From: Scyliorhinus canicula
Lineage: Eukaryota
NCBI RefSeq assembly: GCF_902713615.1
Contig: NC_052166.1
Coordinates: 1,984,001 to 2,048,000 of the forward strand
DNA: 64,000 nt
Direction: 5' to 3'
Every line of letters starts with the position of its first letter. Within the stretch, counting starts at the first letter, position 1. The notes under the pieces are model-generated. The model worked only from the letters and a program-made list of their open reading frames with translations, was not told where the DNA came from and searched no databases. Made by a program: the position numbers and the translations under genes. This document shows positions 59,959 to 64,000 of the stretch, piece after piece.

Positions 59959-62594
59959 AACTTTCCTGCTCAAATCTGTGGTTCCCCCAAATCACCATTT
60001 CCCTTGACCCTGCCCCCAACCTGAAGTGTTGGCGAAACTGCCTCCAAATTCTCAATGAATTTATTATTACCGGACTCCCTGAGTATTTCCGCGGGGCTAT
60101 CGGGAGCGACGCTGTTGCTGGCGCTTTCAATGAGTCCTGCATTCACACTTGTACATTTTGGCCTCATGAATCACAAGGCATGATCTCAGCTTTGGTCTGC
60201 GGTGCCCTGTGAATGTGCTCATTCTGGAACTGCGAACCCACCAAGGAAGAAGAGATATGGGAGAAAGGATTTGATGCTTTCACCACAATCTAATGATGCA
60301 AACACTGTTGTGACTGAGATGGGGACATGCCTAAGGACCTCCTCCTCCTGTGCATGCCATGACCACTGAGCAGACACAAACTACTAGAATATGAATGCTG
60401 GTGAACCACCCTCCCTCATTAGTGTTCCTTGAGGAGGAAGGGTTCGACATGCTTACATCAAACATTTCAAATAAAGGTGAACAAGATGAATCTATAAAGG
60501 ATCCGTCCCTCTCGCGGATACCTATTCCCAATCGCAATATTTACAGTTTAAAAGGAGCCAATTTAATCAGGCTTTCTTGATTTAAATATAGAGTGAGTTT
60601 ATAAACTACTAAAGACAAGAAGATGGTAAAAGACATACATATACATTCATGCAAATTACAAATAATAATTGAGTCCAAATTAAATTGAAACAAAAGGTAT
60701 TCCAAACAGACTTTGACTCGTGAGCAGTAGATGATTGAGTGGTAATCGTGGCTTTCGCAGGCAAATATTCCATTTTAAGATTCCAGTGTTCTGCAGTTTG
60801 TTGGGAAATTTCTCGGTTTCAGTTTCAACTGTAGACTTTGGCGACTTGGCTTATTTCAACAATCAGAAAGGTAGAGATAGAAGCTTTGGCAGGTGTGCTG
60901 TAGCTGCTTCTTCTGTCGCACACATTCTGACACCACAGCAGTGGTTCATGCATACGGACACACAAGAGGCAGTGTTTCAGTTAGCCTTTATCCTAGTCTT
61001 TGCATATTCCTGGAAGGCAACATCCACAAATCCCTGTCTGGACATTACACACGGAGTATCTCTTGATGGGATTATATTCATTTCCCATTGTCTCCACGGG
61101 AGATGGCAATTAGTTTCTATATGCTTTAGAAGTATCCTTGACTGGAAACAGGGTGGAGTCCCAATATCCATCAGAGTGTCACCCTCCAGTAACTCAGCTA
61201 GTAACTGACTTTACATTCTCAGCCATCTTCGGCTTGTATATGCATTTTTAAAAGCACTAAGGTGTTATTTAAAGTTCAGTCTTTACCAATTAATTTGGTG
61301 TTTTTCCTTAATTATTGTGGCACTACAGTTTCAGTGCATGAGCATGAACTATAAAAGACTGGACGTGACTCACTGTGACTGTCAGGATTTGAAGACATGA
61401 TGGAGCTGTGATCTGTACTCGGTTGCTAGGAGGGGCTAATCTCCCCCTCCCCACAGGAGTGACCCCTGTCCCCACCAGCCAGGTCAGCTGCAGCTTCCTT
61501 GAACTTAGTGAGGGCAATGATGTTGCCCGCCCCTCACCCAGTCTGTGATCTTTCATGCCTTCTGTGTGCCAGGTGGGTTGTCTGAAGATGAAAGAAAAGC
61601 AGGTGATCAGAGGGGTGGAGCAGAGGTTGGGTGAAATGCATGTGGGGTGTAATGCCCTCCAAGGAAGAGCCAGAGGATGGAGTGTGAGCAACATGATAGG
61701 TGGGATGATGATGTGAATGAGCGTTGATATGTGTCCCCTGCCAATGGAAATGTGAGATCTCTGAAGAGAATAGCTGTTTGAGTGCATGGTGCCATGATGA
61801 GAGTTTGATCCTGGAGGGAGTTAAGAGATGACTTATTCTGGCAGAATGGATGAGATTATTCATCCTCTTGCTGCATGGGATGGTACTTCAGGTGCAGTTG
61901 GCAGCCGTGATGATCTCCTATCCGGCAACTTCCCAGGCCAGAGACGTGAGGTTGCTGTGTTTGCTGCTGCTATCCCGGGCATACAGGATATGTCTGTGCC
62001 TACACTCCTCTGACCTGTTGGGCAAATCATTTAAATGACCAAAGCACTTGTCTGTGATAGAATCTCCCGTAACCCTGGCAACATTCTTCCTTTGCAGATA
62101 ACAAACAAATTCCTCTTCAGAGTCTCAATTCAAGCTGCCTCCAACACACATCAACCAGGGCATTCCAGACCTTAACCACTCTCTACAGAAGAATTATAAT
62201 TACTTTACCTGGTATCTTATCTGTATTTAATAGGAGGGAGAAGTTAGCAGCTATATAAGGATATTTTTATGTTCGTGCAGAATCTGGGTCAATTTATCTC
62301 CACAAGGAAACACAGATGTATTTATTCACTGGATCAGAAATCCCCTGTATCTTTAATTTCACTCGGAACTTGGAGATGCATGACATATCTCATAAGCCAT
62401 TCTCAGAGCTAAGCTATTTCTTATGTAAGTCAGGTGTTTGAAAAATAAATGGTTTGCCCTTCACTGTTTATCTGTCCAAGCGATGTTCCTGTCTGCCAGT
62501 CCTATAAACTAATACTTATCTCGAAGGAACTGCCGGGTCAGGGAACAAGGCCTCTTGCTCTGCTCTGGTCTGCAGACTTCAGGTTGGTATAAGT

Positions 62595-63004
62595 TATAAG
62601 GGGTCAGGAGTGTCTATCTCTGGTAGCGATCGTTGTGAGACACTTACTTGCTGGCGCCTGCTGTCCGAACCCTCTCCTCTCTCTCCTTCAGGGTCTTCTT
62701 GGCAAAAGCTGGTCGAGGTGCTGGTCCACGGAGGAGTGCTGGTCAAAGAGAGAGGAGGGCTGGACAAAGAGAGAGGAGGGCTGGACAAGAAGACTGAACC
62801 ATGTGTGTGACCTGTCTTTTTTAGGTCCCAGGGATCCGTGCCCTTTTGGGCGGACTCCTTTACCTGCTTGGAATCGATTGGGTCTCTTCCCAATCGATAT
62901 GTTTGAATCCACCCAATACTGAGACTGTTCCTTAGCTACTGGGCGGGCTGTCAGGCTCTTTGTTTTCAAACCCTGTTGTGCCTGAGTGTCTGGTATCCTT
63001 TACA
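62595..63004. mobile_element. Possible solo LTR
   Basis: TATAAG...TTACA ends with near-TSD AAGT/ATGT. Confidence 0.35.
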
Positions 63005-63544
63005 ATGTTGCAGTTGCTTCCCCATTTGTGTCCATTGTACCTGGAATCATTCCATTAACATGCTAATTATCCCGGTGATTGCCTCATTAGTATGCAGAAC
63101 GTTCGTTTCGGTGCTGTCTGCTTTCTTAGCAGACAGAATCCACACCTGCTTGGTGCAGCCTGCTGGGGGTGCAAACATTGTCCATTTTATCCTGTATGCT
63201 TTGCGTTCCTCCATTTTGTATTTAGGGAAATGGCCAACTTCGGTGGCTACAAGGGTAGGTGGATTGGCATCGCTAAATTGCCCCTTAATTGGAAAAAATG
63301 AATTGGGTACTCTAAATTTAATTTAATGAAATCCATCCAGGAATAGTCCTGTGGATATGCGATAAAAAGGAGAATTCCCTCACCCTGGGTCTCTCGAAGC
63401 CCTGGATGCATCCCACCCAAAAGCAACATAAACCCTGACCGCTCCCCAGCCATTGGCAACAGCTTTCCAGGTCTAGAGCATGATCAGTCTAGCTCAGGGA
63501 CCAGCACTGTGTTAAAGTACCCCCAAGAATTAATCTGTGAGTAT

Positions 63545-64000
63545 CCAAATCTGGGATCTTTGCCAGAACCCACACCTCATGAATTCCACATCATCCCAGT
63601 TTGAGGAATAGATGTTGCCCAGCACGCCGGGGAACTTTCCAACCTCTCTCTCACCAGCACAAATCTACCTCCCGGACCAGTCACAATCTTTCCCTTTTTG
63701 CTAATCAATAGATGCCACTTCATGTCAAGCCCTGAGTGGAAGACCTCACCCACCCAGCCTTTCCTTAATCTCGTCTGATCCACCATTTTCAGCTGAGTTT
63801 CCTGTGAGAATATTAAGTCCGTCTTTAAATTCTTCAACAACACAAACATGCGTGACCTGTTAAGTTTCATTTAGTCCCGAATGTTTCAAGTCACCAACCG
63901 GGTTTGGGGCACCCTTACCTCTCAAATCAGCCATATTTCTGTCTTAGCCAACTTCCCCAGGTTGTTGTTTCACACCCATTGGGGCCTCCATAAGGTGTCA
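63545..64000 (-). mobile_element. L1-like endonuclease fragment
   Basis: LKNLKTDLIFSQETQLKMVDQTRLRKGWVGEVFHSGLD matches the other L1 endonuclease copies. Confidence 0.75.

Noticed and set aside
60490-61380. Additional solo LTR
   Set aside because: LTR-like composition, but I could not find matching TG/CA termini or a TSD.

Overview
Repeat-dense vertebrate genomic DNA. The HE1/V-SINE-like SINEs, 69-bp and 33-bp tandem repeats and TE families point to a cartilaginous fish (shark); this is inference. The only host genes I can support are a divergently transcribed (head-to-head) pair of MHC genes, assembled by hand from GT-AG phase-1 exons. The alpha-chain gene on the minus strand has leader 18729-18666, alpha1 15885-15613 and alpha2 11395-11114; its TM/cytoplasmic exons were not found in the window. 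The complete beta-chain gene on the plus strand has 7 coding exons from 21058 to 34123 (909 bp, 302 aa). The architecture is class II-like (leader, two ectodomains, Gly-motif TM). The interdomain residues are class I-like: alpha2 resembles beta2-microglobulin, beta2 resembles class I alpha3 and lacks the class II Trp, and beta1 carries a class I alpha2-type YDG motif. This is the signature of the ancient W-category (WA/WB) MHC molecules. The rest is transposable elements: L1-like, CR1, Rex1/Babar and Penelope-like retroelements, several solo LTRs with target-site duplications, a Gypsy element with a near-complete two-gene Harbinger transposon nested in its 5' LTR, many Harbinger-type MITEs, SINEs and minisatellites. 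All alignments were done by eye; no database search was run.
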